From assembly GCA_963662275.1 (NCBI GenBank), contig OY759316.1, forward strand, positions 1,952,001 to 2,016,000: a DNA stretch of 64,000 nt, read 5' to 3'. Positions 1 to 9,361 of the stretch are shown piece by piece (the first letter of the stretch is position 1; each line of letters opens with the position of its first letter). A program made the position numbers and the translations under genes. This stretch comes from Candidatus Cloacimonadales bacterium. Lineage in GTDB: Bacteria; Cloacimonadota; Cloacimonadia; Cloacimonadales; DAONDQ01. The notes under the pieces are model-generated. The model did not search any database. It was not told where the DNA came from and saw nothing but the letters and a program-made list of their open reading frames with translations.

Positions 1-270
1 ATTGGTTAAAGTTGGAGTTAATCTTGGCGTAATTAGCCAATCATTATGAGCTGTGAAGTAGTCAAATGCAATAGCTGCACAAGCTGACCCAGTATGAGCA
101 GGCTCATCAGTGTATCTTTCCCAGGTATTTCCATCCCCGCCATTTAAAACAGTCCATCCTAATGGCGGAAATGTCGTGCCTTCAAATCCTTCGGTAAGTT
201 CAACAGAATACAACTGAGAAAATGCACTTAACAGCAATGTCAGGCAAATTAGAAAGTGAATTTTTTTCAT
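1..270 (-). CDS. 5' part of a secreted protein with a cleaved-adhesin/choice-of-anchor J-like domain; runs off the window start and is absent from the ORF track
   Basis: Hand translation from ATG at 270 (RBS GAGG): MKKIHFLICLTLLLSAFSQLYS-VELTEGFEGTTFPPLGWTVLNGGDGNTW...HNDWLITPRL. Signal peptide plus EGFE..FPP.GW and DWLITP motifs. Confidence 0.75.
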   Translation of the reverse strand, partial: MKKIHFLICLTLLLSAFSQLYSVELTEGFEGTTFPPLGWTVLNGGDGNTWERYTDEPAHTGSACAAIAFDYFTAHNDWLITPRLTPTLTN

Positions 271-283
271 TGATTACCTCTTG

Positions 284-604
284 TTATTTCGCTAGATTAG
301 TTAACTGTAATTTTTTTAATGATATATCTTCAAAATTGCGATAGTTCTTTAGCTTCAATTGTGAGTGATTAGATATCCCATTTTTATATAGATAAATCAC
401 AAGCCTAGGATACTTTCCGCTAATTTCTTTAATAAAACTATCTGAACAGCTCTGCTGAAATATTACAGCATCTGGCTTGATTTCCTCGAGTATGCGCAGC
501 GTATCGCTTTGAGAAACAGAGAGGTAGATGCTGGTATTATCCAGATTCGTGAGAAGCTGGATTAGCTTGGTCATTTCTGAAATTTCATGCACTAATATAT
601 TCAT
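284..604 (-). CDS. Small hypothetical protein, possibly a degenerate receiver (REC-like) domain
   Basis: 106 aa ORF with RBS GAGGTG. The 'MNILV...LEEIKPDAVIF...PRLVIYLY' pattern recalls a REC fold, but no Asp sits at the usual phospho-acceptor position. Confidence 0.5.
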   Translation of the reverse strand: MNILVHEISEMTKLIQLLTNLDNTSIYLSVSQSDTLRILEEIKPDAVIFQQSCSDSFIKEISGKYPRLVIYLYKNGISNHSQLKLKNYRNFEDISLKKLQLTNLAK

Positions 605-627
605 GATTTCACCTCAAATACTATATT

Positions 628-643
628 AGCAAATGAAGAGCCA
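628..643 (-). promoter_or_regulatory. sigma54 -24/-12 promoter for the 604-284 and 270-1 genes
   Basis: Minus strand TGGCTCTTCATTTGCT = GG-N10-GC, 24 nt upstream of the ATG at 604. Confidence 0.7.
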
Positions 644-726
644 CATGTGTAACTGTATGTTATTGATAAAGTTAGAATGGCTTTCAAGAAATGGTTATGA
701 AAGTTAGTACGATAATTGATAATTTA

Positions 727-833
727 TGGTCAAAAATGACCATTCATAATGCGTACTAACTGTAAAACATAGAGGGAAAAAGGATGTAATTAATACAAAT
801 TAAGAAAGTTATGAATGTGGTCGAAAATGACCA
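727..833. promoter_or_regulatory. Pair of palindromic putative enhancer (UAS) sites, TGGTC-N6-GACCA
   Basis: TGGTCAAAAATGACCA at 727-742 and TGGTCGAAAATGACCA at 818-833. The same pair with the same spacing recurs at 20884 and 20975. Confidence 0.65.
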
Positions 834-988
834 GAAAAGTGAATCTATTTGTATATTTGTATTGGAACCAGCATTAAGCTCTGAATCCCATCGGGATGAT
901 AGATAATAACGCTCGGATTTCAATACGGCATAAGGCATTCAAAAAAGAACTAAAGTCCCAGGCGATGAAAGGTTGATGTGTCCAAAAC

Positions 989-1043
989 AAATCAGATTCC
1001 CTTAGGGAAGAAACATATTAACACTGGATTTCAATCCGGTGAG
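989..1043. repeat. REP-like element; inverted copy at about 56833-56885
   Basis: ATTCCCTTAGGGAAGAAACATATTAACACTGGATTTCAATCCGGTGA versus the reverse complement ATTCCCAGAGGGAAGAAAGATATTAACACTGGATTTTAATCCGGTGA. Confidence 0.7.
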
Positions 1044-1084
1044 AGGAAGCTGTTCAGCTATTTGTCCTATTTTGATCATGGTAC

Positions 1085-1170
1085 AATTACTATACCATTA
1101 CGGTAGCATTACGGTAAAAAACCGTAATGCTACCGTAATACTACCGTATTGATAAAGTAATGCTCATATG
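1085..1170. repeat. Palindromic repeat with an 11-bp period (TACGGTA/TACCGTA units); second copy at about 25408-25493
   Basis: TACGGTAGCAT-TACGGTAAAA-ACCGTAATGC-TACCGTAATAC-TACCGTATTG. Both copies end in TGCTCATATG. Confidence 0.7.
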
Positions 1171-1186
1171 CTGATTGACCCGTCAA

Positions 1187-1395
1187 AATTGGTCAGCGAA
1201 TGGATATCGTCTGCCCACAGAAGCAGAATGGGAATTTGCAGTACGTGGTGGTAATTCCACACATTGCTATACTTTCAGCTGAAGCAATGACATCACTACG
1301 ATGCATACTTCTGCACTGTTTCCAGTCGGAGCTTCTGCAGTTCGACTACCAGCAGCTGCGTTAAAGGCTTTCGTCTTTGTAGGGTTTCCCCCTGA
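1187..1395 (+). pseudogene. Relic FGE-sulfatase (SUMF1/CLec-fold) gene with an internal deletion; the 3' end resembles a DGR variable region
   Basis: 1187-1294 reads NWSANGYRLPTEAEWEFAVRGGNSTHCYTFS*SNDI. 1297-1395, in another frame, reads YDAYFCTVSSRSFCSSTTSSCVKGFRLCRVSP*. Confidence 0.75.
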
Positions 1396-1592
1396 TTATT
1401 GTCACATGTTGGCTTGTAGTTTGGTATTTTGTTATGTTGTCGAGGTTGAAATCCTGCGTCGCGAGATTTTGGAGTTCCAATATTAACCATTTAACTGACT
1501 GTGTTAATATTCATTGACTATTTTATTAGTTGCATTTTCATATAAACATGAAATATAGCCTTCGATCTGATGAGTAAGTTAGGGGGAAGAAA

Positions 1593-3860
1593 TTGGAAGC
1601 TGGTAAGCAAAAACATAACAATATTGATTCTCTGGATATTCTATCGGAAGAGAAACCAGATTATTTGGTACAGAATTTTGATGCTATTAAAGCCCAATTT
1701 ATCGGCGAGATTCAAGAGTCCAGAGTATCATATTTTCTGACAAAGGCTCTTACTTCGCTGCGCAAGTTTGAACAGGCAGAATTATTGGCTATAGACCTTC
1801 TGAGTCAAGCTGTGATCCATAAAGATTATTATATTTTAGTCAGATGCAATATCATCTTGAGCAAATGCTATGATACTAGAGAAACCCTATACAAGGTCAA
1901 GCCCTGTCTGGAATTGGCTGAAGAATACGCTCGGGCTTCTGAAGACTTGGAACTGATTGTCGAAGCATACAGCCAAATGGGCTCTCATTTACATAAATAC
2001 GATTATGATAAACAGGCGATAGAATGTCACAATAAAGCTGTAGTATTGGTAAAAAATACCCGACCTGGTTTGACTACGGTCAATGCTCTAACGCGTATAG
2101 CAAAAATGTATCTTGATAAACAGGATTTTTTGAAAGTAATCGACTATCTGTCCCAAGCATTGGAAATTAGCAGGAAAGTAGGCATTGGCTTTATCCAGCT
2201 ATCCATTATCAACAATCTAGCCACAGCCTACAATAAACTACAAAAGTATGTGCAGGCTGAAGAACTGCTAGAAAAGGCATTAGATACCTGCCGGTCTCAA
2301 AAATTAAGCAGGCAGGAATTGAGTATATTGTTTAACCTCGGAGTTCAGAAAAACTATCAGTTACAGTTTCAGGCAGCGATAGACTATTATGACCAATGCT
2401 CTCATCTTGCCCAAGATCTCAATTTTAGTAATCCTGCCTTTCTTACAGACTTATACAATAATTATGCCAATTGCTACTGGTTGCTGAAGCAGCCGGATAA
2501 AAGCATTGAGTATCTCAATCGGGCGGAGGAAGTAGCCCGGCAGGCAAATAATACCGCCTTGAGCATTCAAATCAATGTGAATAAAACAAACATACTGATC
2601 GAAACCGGTCAATACTCTGAAGCAAAAGATATACTGATATCTGCCGGGAAATATTATAAGGCAAATAAGAACTATGCTAATTTGTTGGTTGTCCAGCGCA
2701 ACCTGGCATTACTCTTTGCCAGGCAAGAGGATTATAAAAAAAGCTTCAAAACCTATCAGGTTACAGATAAGATTTACATGGATTACATTGCCCAGCTTCT
2801 TTCTGAAAAAGCGGATTCACACAAATTACAATTGGATGAGTTAAGAAGCAGATGTGCTCAGCCAATCAGTTCCATTTTTGATGATTGTTCACAAAGCCAG
2901 TTATCTGGAACAGCAGAATTCATCGGACAGAGTGATACTCATAAGAAAGTGCTTAATTCAGCTTTATTGGCTGCCCAGCACATGAATACCAATGTTTTCA
3001 TCATAGGTGAATCTGGTACAGGTAAAGAAGTGATAGCCAATATTATTCATCAAAACAGCATCCGCCGCAGCTATCCCTTCGTGCCGTTAAACACTTCTGC
3101 AATCTCAGCAGGGATTGTAGAAAGCGAGCTTTTCGGACATACCAAAGGGGCTTTCACTGGGGCTCAGAATCAAACAAAGGGCTTCTTTATTCAAGCACAT
3201 AAAGGTACTCTGTTTCTGGATGAAATAACCGAAATGCCTCATGATTTTCAGGCAAAGCTCTTACGTGTTCTGGAATCTCGCAAAATAACCCCAGTAGGCA
3301 GTTCTATAGAGATCCCCTTCGATTGCAGGGTAATCTCTTCCACCAATCGCAATATATATGACTTGCTGCAAACCAATGAATTCAGGATGGACCTCTTCCA
3401 CAGGCTAAATACCATTGAAATCTTCATTCCGCCCCTGCGTGAAAGACCTGAAGATATTGAAATCCTGCTACACTATTTTGTTGATAAATATTCCTTTGTT
3501 AACAAACACAGCATACCACATATCGACCGATCTTTTATTGATCGGCTGCTCAAGTATCCTTTCCCCGGTAATGTGCGTGAACTCAAGAACATTGTTGAAA
3601 GACTATTTATTATGTCCGGCACTTCTGTATGGAATGACCGAGTACTGGACAGTCTCAAATACTCAAGCTATGACACAGTTCACTCGGCATATGCTTATAA
3701 GCAGACCAAAGCCGAAGAAACTGAAATGATAATCAACGCTTTGCTCCATACCAACGGCAAGCAAAAAGACGCAGCAACGCGATTAAAGATGACCGAAAGC
3801 ACACTCTGCCGGAAGATAGCAAAATACCACTTGGAAAGCTATACTCACAAAGGAAAGTAA
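1593..3860 (+). CDS. sigma54-dependent activator (bEBP): N-terminal TPR array, AAA+ domain, Fis-type HTH
   Basis: Walker A GESGTGKE, SELFGHTKGAFTGA, Walker B LFLDE, FPGNVREL, C-terminal HTH. About 400 aa of TPR-like helices and no receiver domain. Confidence 0.9.
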   Translation: MEAGKQKHNNIDSLDILSEEKPDYLVQNFDAIKAQFIGEIQESRVSYFLTKALTSLRKFEQAELLAIDLLSQAVIHKDYYILVRCNIILSKCYDTRETLYKVKPCLELAEEYARASEDLELIVEAYSQMGSHLHKYDYDKQAIECHNKAVVLVKNTRPGLTTVNALTRIAKMYLDKQDFLKVIDYLSQALEISRKVGIGFIQLSIINNLATAYNKLQKYVQAEELLEKALDTCRSQKLSRQELSILFNLGVQKNYQLQFQAAIDYYDQCSHLAQDLNFSNPAFLTDLYNNYANCYWLLKQPDKSIEYLNRAEEVARQANNTALSIQINVNKTNILIETGQYSEAKDILISAGKYYKANKNYANLLVVQRNLALLFARQEDYKKSFKTYQVTDKIYMDYIAQLLSEKADSHKLQLDELRSRCAQPISSIFDDCSQSQLSGTAEFIGQSDTHKKVLNSALLAAQHMNTNVFIIGESGTGKEVIANIIHQNSIRRSYPFVPLNTSAISAGIVESELFGHTKGAFTGAQNQTKGFFIQAHKGTLFLDEITEMPHDFQAKLLRVLESRKITPVGSSIEIPFDCRVISSTNRNIYDLLQTNEFRMDLFHRLNTIEIFIPPLRERPEDIEILLHYFVDKYSFVNKHSIPHIDRSFIDRLLKYPFPGNVRELKNIVERLFIMSGTSVWNDRVLDSLKYSSYDTVHSAYAYKQTKAEETEMIINALLHTNGKQKDAATRLKMTESTLCRKIAKYHLESYTHKGK

Positions 3861-3876
3861 TCACTGTCATGGAATA

Positions 3877-3918
3877 AATTGCATTATGAAATTGCATTTC
3901 ATACTATGCAATGCAATT
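3877..3918. promoter_or_regulatory. Putative bEBP enhancer built from TTGCAT/ATGCAA dyads
   Basis: AATTGCATTATGAAATTGCATTTCATACTATGCAATGCAATT, about 80-120 bp upstream of a GG-N10-GC box. Confidence 0.5.
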
Positions 3919-3997
3919 AATGAGAACAGCCGATCCAACTACTTTTATAACTCATTGAATATAAGGCAATTACGTCAGCATAAATAAAACTGCTCAT

Positions 3998-4013
3998 AGG
4001 TACAGCTTGTGCT
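3998..4013 (+). promoter_or_regulatory. sigma54 -24/-12 promoter for the FN3 protein unit
   Basis: AGGTACAGCTTGTGCT = GG-N10-GC, just downstream of a bEBP gene. Confidence 0.55.
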
Positions 4014-4026
4014 TCTAATATGGGTT

Positions 4027-4317
4027 ATGAAAACAACAAAGAAAAAAACTGTCATAGTGTCTAAAATTAGCCCCATCTTCGAGAAGATACTCAAAGATGA
4101 AGGTTGCGGTATTTTGGGATTTACTGTTATCTACCCTGAAGACAAGTTCGAAAACATTATTTGTCCTTTCATCTTGAAAAACCGCACGGCTGCTCTCATT
4201 GAAATTGAGCATAAACGACAAGTTTTTCTCAATGATCTTAACAAAGCAAATCCAATCATCTCAACAGATAAACATTCAATTAACATAAAGCCTCGAAAAG
4301 GAGTCTCAAATGAATAA
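4027..4317 (+). CDS. Small hypothetical protein overlapping the start of the FN3 gene
   Basis: ORF track 4009-4317. The GTG at 4009 lies inside the putative promoter, so the in-frame ATG at 4027 is preferred. No motif recognised. Confidence 0.4.
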   Translation: MKTTKKKTVIVSKISPIFEKILKDEGCGILGFTVIYPEDKFENIICPFILKNRTAALIEIEHKRQVFLNDLNKANPIISTDKHSINIKPRKGVSNE

Positions 4318-7300
4318 GCATTGCTCTTGGCAAAGGATTTTACCCGTCTTTTTTGTTATCATACTGAGTGGGATCATCCCCTCGCTTTCGTTGCAGCCGT
4401 TGTATGCCCAGACCAATTCGCTTAGTCTGGATCAATCATATACTTCTGGTGCTTTTCAATATTATATGTGGGGCAATTCTACTCTGGAAGTGACAGGGGC
4501 TGGACGTATCACAGAAACTCTGTATATGTATGGAACCAGGATCTTTACGGAGAGACAATATGCCTTATATCAAGGGGCAACCCTAAAAGATGGGCAATCC
4601 TGGCCTGATGATGTGGAGTATACGTCTAATGCCAACAGGTTTGATGCGACCCGCACCACTACCGGATTAGCAGCCGGCACTTACACAGCGATGATTGTGG
4701 TTCAGCAAAGACAAGACGGGACTCCCCACACCTTTCCTGCCAAAATACATTCCATTACCTTGTACGGAGCTCCGGGTATCGGAACTCCAACTCTTACGTC
4801 CAGTACGGCCACATCCCTGACTATATCCGCTACAGCCACCAATATAGGTCATGGTATATCCGGTAGGATAATGGTGGGAAGCACTTGGTACACGGCAACG
4901 GTAACAGGCTCTACATTATCCTATACTGCCACAGGTCTTAGTCCCTATACCAGTTATGCTGTTGATGCTGATGTTACCTCTATCGAAGGCACAGCTGGGG
5001 CTACTGCTACTTCTTTTTCCACACTCGGAGTTGCCCCCACGGTTACTACCCAAAGCGTTTCTGTGATCGCCAGCGCTACAGCTACCGGCAATGGGAGTAT
5101 TACATCTCTGGGTGCACCCAATCCCACTGCCTACGGACATTGCTGGGCTAATACTACCAACCCCACTATTGCCAATAGCTCAAATAACTTGGGTGCTGCG
5201 AGTGCCACAGGAGCCTATATCTCTTCGCTTACAGGCTTAGCTGCCAATACATTGTATTATGTGCGGGCGTATGTCACCAACTCAATCAGTACAACTTATG
5301 GAACTCAGGTCTCCTTTACCACTGCTCCCGGTGCTCCCGGTACTCCGACCAGCACTTATATCACATCTACCGGATTCACGGTAAACTGGACGGCTGCCAC
5401 TGGTGCTACCGGGTATTACCTGGATGTATCTACTTCAGCTTCCTGGGCTTCATATGTGACAGGATACCAAAACCTCCCTGTAGGTAATGTTACAAGCTAC
5501 GCTGTTACCGGTTTGGCTTCTAATACGTACTATTTTTATCGGATAAGAGCTTATAACTCCAATGGAACAAGTGATAATTCTACCAGAATACAGCAAAAGA
5601 CCGGTCCAGCAGCTCCAGCTGCCGGTGCCGCCACTTCAATAACAATCAGTGCTTTTACAGCAAACTGGAGTGCTTCCACCGGAGCAACCAGCTACCGATT
5701 AGATGTCTCCACAGTAAATACTTTTGCCAGTTTTGTCACTGGCTACAATGATTTGAATGTCAGCACAGTATTAACTTATGCGGTCTCTGGTCTTTCTGCC
5801 GGGACTACATATTATTATCGCGTAAGAGCAGTAAATTCAGGTGGAGCAGGCGACAATTCTGCAGTTATAACTGTTGAAACCATCCCAGCAGCTCCGACCG
5901 CCACTGCTGCCACTTCCATTACTACAACGGGATTCTCAGCAAATTGGAGTGCAGTCACGGGTGCAGCCAGCTACAGACTGGATGTTTCAACTGTCAATAC
6001 CTTCGCCAGCTTTGTCACAGGATACAACGATAAGAATGTTGGCTTGGTCGTTACTTCTGCGGTGGTTGGTCTTTCATCTGGCACTACCTATTACTATCGG
6101 TTGAGATCTGTGAATACCGGTGGGACGAGTGCTGTTTCAAACACTATGTCCACTACTACCTACCTGGCTCCCACGGTCACTACCCAGGCAGTTACCGCCA
6201 TTACTGTGGGCACTGCTACCGGTAATGGCAATGTGACAGTCCTTGGTGTACCCAATCCCACTCAGTATGGTCACTGCTGGGCATTGACCTCCAGCCCTAC
6301 AACTGCGAATGCTAAAACCACTCTGGGTGCTAAAAGTACTACTGGTGCCTATACTTCCTCGCTGACCGGACTAACAGCCGGAACACTTTATTTTGTGAGA
6401 GCATATGCCACCAATGCAGCCGGAACAGTTTATGGCAGTGAAGTATCATTTACCACCACGCCAGCTGCTCCTACCGCCACTGCTGCCACTTCTATCACGA
6501 TATCCGGTTTTACAGCCAATTGGTCTGCAGTCACGGGTGCTGCAAGTTACAGGCTGGACGTTTCCACTGTGAGTAGCTTTGCCAGCTACATCACCGGATA
6601 TACCGATAAGAATGTAGCCTCTGTCGTTTCCTATGCCATAGCAAGTTTAACCACAGGTGCTACTTATTACTACCGTGTAAGAGCAGTGAATACCGGTGGC
6701 ACCAGTGCCAATTCCGGTACTATCACCACTATCGTCTATCAAACCCCCACAGTTGTTACTTCGCCGGTTACTGCTGTTACCACCACCTCCGCCACAGGAA
6801 ACGGCAACGTCACTGTCCTGGGTGTGCCCACTCCCACCCAACATGGTCATTGCTGGGCGATTACCTCCAATCCTACTATATCAAACAGTCATACTTCGCT
6901 GGGAGCCAAAATTACTACCGGTGCCTTTACTTCTTCTCTGACCGGACTGCTTGCCGGAACCCAGTACTATGTAGCAGCGTACGCCACCAACGCAGCCGGG
7001 ACATCTTATGATGACGATGCTATATTCGTCACCACTCCTCCGGCTCCTGTAGCCAATGCAGCCACATATATCACATCCACAGGATTTACTGCGAATTGGA
7101 GCGCTGCCACCGGAACCTTCAGCTACCGGCTGGATGTTTCCACTGTAAATACTTTTGCCAGTTGTATCACAGGATACAGTGACCTGACAGTGGGCAATGT
7201 GCTTACCTATGCTGTATCCGGTCTCTCCACCGGAACTACCTATTTTTATCGGGTGAGAGCTGTGAATACGGGTGGAACCAGTGCCAGCTCAAATACTATC

Positions 7301-9088
7301 TCCACTTCTTCCTACCAAACTCCAACCGTCACGACTCAAGCTGTAACAAGTATCACTGCTACAACAGCCACAGGTAACGGCAATGTGACTGCGCTCGGTA
7401 ATCCCAATCCCACGCAGTATGGGCATTGCTGGGGTATTGCGGAAAACCCTACGACTTCCGATAGCAAGACTCAATTGGGAAACAAAACCACAACCGGGAC
7501 ATTCATCTCAGGGCTTACAGGACTGACTGCAGGAACCGAATATTTCGTGCGGGCATATGCCACTAATAGCCAAGGCACTTCCTATGGTAATGAGGTAAGC
7601 TTCGAAACGATACCCGCAGCACCGGTTGCCAATAACGCAAATACCATCACGACAACCGGCTTCACCGCTCTGTGGAATCCAGTTACAGGAGCGACGGGCT
7701 ATCGGATAGACGTTTCAATCTCAATGGGTTTTGGAAGTTATGTAGCAGGATTTGAAAACTTGGATGTAGGCAATATTCTCGGTTATCCAGTCACAGGGCT
7801 GACTGCCGGAACCACCTATTATTACAGGGTAAGAGCCTACAATGCAAGCGGGACAGGTATCGATTCAAATATCATGTCAGTGATTACTAACTCAAACTAT
7901 AATGTTAACATTGATAAAGGCAACATTACAGGTGTCCACATCTTTACTGATGAGACTGATTATGGTATAGACCCTGTCAGCCCTATGGTTTTGCCGGCTG
8001 GTTTCAATGGGACTTTCCATGCAGAAAAGACAGATTATGTATGGGAACTGGCGGTCGGGTCAGATAGCAACATCATCTTAAATCTGGCTGCCGATACAAA
8101 TATTGCTTTTATTGGCACTTACACATACGTTGATCCTGTCAATCCAGGGTTTGTTTACACAGGGGAACCGGATATCCCCATCGTTGCTGTTGCGGTTACA
8201 TTTGAAACCCTGGTCGTTCCTCCACCCACACTGAATCCCGTTGGCGCGGTTGTAATCGTTTTTACCGGAGTTACAGTCAGCGACCTGACGATCTCTGTTC
8301 CAACCGGAATATGGTATGTGATCGCCTATTATAATGATCCGGTAAACGGTGGTCTGGATTGGCATCACGCGAATCCATATCCGGCAAACGGACCTATGGA
8401 TGTTGTATTTTACAATGTACCGTTCGGAACCAAGAGCAATATACCGATCATAATAACCGGTGAAGATGTCACTCTGCCTGTGGAACTATCCTCCTTCACA
8501 GCCAATGTTACGGTAAGCAACTTTGTCCAGCTTGATTGGGTTACACAATCCGAATCAGGTGTCTCAGGTTATTACATCCACCGCAATATCGTAAATAGTT
8601 TGATTGATGCTGTTGTGGTCAGTCCTTTTGTGACTGCCGGCAACACATCAAATGAACAAAGCTATAGTTTCACAGACGATGAAGTAGAGTCCGGCACCTG
8701 GTATTATTGGCTGCAAAACATCGATATGGACGGACAGATGGCATTTCACGGTTCCATCAGCGTTACTGTCACAAAACCAGGTGATGAACCAGTAACACCC
8801 ATAATTCCCAATCTGACCTCGTTAACAAGCGTATTTCCCAATCCATTCAATCCTGTTACCACCATTTCCTTTCATCTTGCTAAATCTGAATATGTAACTC
8901 TGGATATTTTCAACATCAGAGGAGAAAAAGTACGCGCCATTGCTTCTTCTTCTTTTAATGAAGGCACCTACCGCAGCAATTGGAATGGTATTGATGATCA
9001 CGGAATGGCTGTCAGCAGTGGAGTGTATTTCCTGCAAATGACAGCTGGTAAATACCATACTATAGCCAAACTGGTTCTTATGAAATAG
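4310..9088 (+). CDS. Large secreted Thr/Ala-rich fibronectin type III repeat protein with FlgD-like C-terminal sorting domain
   Basis: Signal peptide; two alternating FN3-like repeat types (YYYRVRAVN and GHCW...YFVRAYATN); TLPVELSSF linker; FPNPFNP...WNG.DD..SSGVYF terminus. Confidence 0.85.
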   Translation: MNKHCSWQRILPVFFVIILSGIIPSLSLQPLYAQTNSLSLDQSYTSGAFQYYMWGNSTLEVTGAGRITETLYMYGTRIFTERQYALYQGATLKDGQSWPDDVEYTSNANRFDATRTTTGLAAGTYTAMIVVQQRQDGTPHTFPAKIHSITLYGAPGIGTPTLTSSTATSLTISATATNIGHGISGRIMVGSTWYTATVTGSTLSYTATGLSPYTSYAVDADVTSIEGTAGATATSFSTLGVAPTVTTQSVSVIASATATGNGSITSLGAPNPTAYGHCWANTTNPTIANSSNNLGAASATGAYISSLTGLAANTLYYVRAYVTNSISTTYGTQVSFTTAPGAPGTPTSTYITSTGFTVNWTAATGATGYYLDVSTSASWASYVTGYQNLPVGNVTSYAVTGLASNTYYFYRIRAYNSNGTSDNSTRIQQKTGPAAPAAGAATSITISAFTANWSASTGATSYRLDVSTVNTFASFVTGYNDLNVSTVLTYAVSGLSAGTTYYYRVRAVNSGGAGDNSAVITVETIPAAPTATAATSITTTGFSANWSAVTGAASYRLDVSTVNTFASFVTGYNDKNVGLVVTSAVVGLSSGTTYYYRLRSVNTGGTSAVSNTMSTTTYLAPTVTTQAVTAITVGTATGNGNVTVLGVPNPTQYGHCWALTSSPTTANAKTTLGAKSTTGAYTSSLTGLTAGTLYFVRAYATNAAGTVYGSEVSFTTTPAAPTATAATSITISGFTANWSAVTGAASYRLDVSTVSSFASYITGYTDKNVASVVSYAIASLTTGATYYYRVRAVNTGGTSANSGTITTIVYQTPTVVTSPVTAVTTTSATGNGNVTVLGVPTPTQHGHCWAITSNPTISNSHTSLGAKITTGAFTSSLTGLLAGTQYYVAAYATNAAGTSYDDDAIFVTTPPAPVANAATYITSTGFTANWSAATGTFSYRLDVSTVNTFASCITGYSDLTVGNVLTYAVSGLSTGTTYFYRVRAVNTGGTSASSNTISTSSYQTPTVTTQAVTSITATTATGNGNVTALGNPNPTQYGHCWGIAENPTTSDSKTQLGNKTTTGTFISGLTGLTAGTEYFVRAYATNSQGTSYGNEVSFETIPAAPVANNANTITTTGFTALWNPVTGATGYRIDVSISMGFGSYVAGFENLDVGNILGYPVTGLTAGTTYYYRVRAYNASGTGIDSNIMSVITNSNYNVNIDKGNITGVHIFTDETDYGIDPVSPMVLPAGFNGTFHAEKTDYVWELAVGSDSNIILNLAADTNIAFIGTYTYVDPVNPGFVYTGEPDIPIVAVAVTFETLVVPPPTLNPVGAVVIVFTGVTVSDLTISVPTGIWYVIAYYNDPVNGGLDWHHANPYPANGPMDVVFYNVPFGTKSNIPIIITGEDVTLPVELSSFTANVTVSNFVQLDWVTQSESGVSGYYIHRNIVNSLIDAVVVSPFVTAGNTSNEQSYSFTDDEVESGTWYYWLQNIDMDGQMAFHGSISVTVTKPGDEPVTPIIPNLTSLTSVFPNPFNPVTTISFHLAKSEYVTLDIFNIRGEKVRAIASSSFNEGTYRSNWNGIDDHGMAVSSGVYFLQMTAGKYHTIAKLVLMK

Positions 9089-9110
9089 AAAAACCCATAA
9101 TTTGTTAATG

Positions 9111-9146
9111 CATAGCCCGTAATCTGGTTACGGGCTATGTTGTTTT
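9111..9146 (+). terminator. Intrinsic terminator
   Basis: CATAGCCCGTAA-TCTGG-TTACGGGCTATG followed by TTGTTTT. Confidence 0.8.
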
Positions 9147-9361
9147 AAATAGAAATAGCTCATAAACTACACGACAACTCTACCAATTCTAAGTAAAATA
9201 ATTCTGCATAACTATACATGTCCTCTCTTCTTCGCTTATAGATGGACATCTGAGCAATCATTTTCCTTGACCTGAGATGTGCAGAGAAATGTATTTGGTA
9301 AGATTATTAATTAAAACGATTATAATTATGCATGTGACGATCTCTAAAAGGAATAGATACT

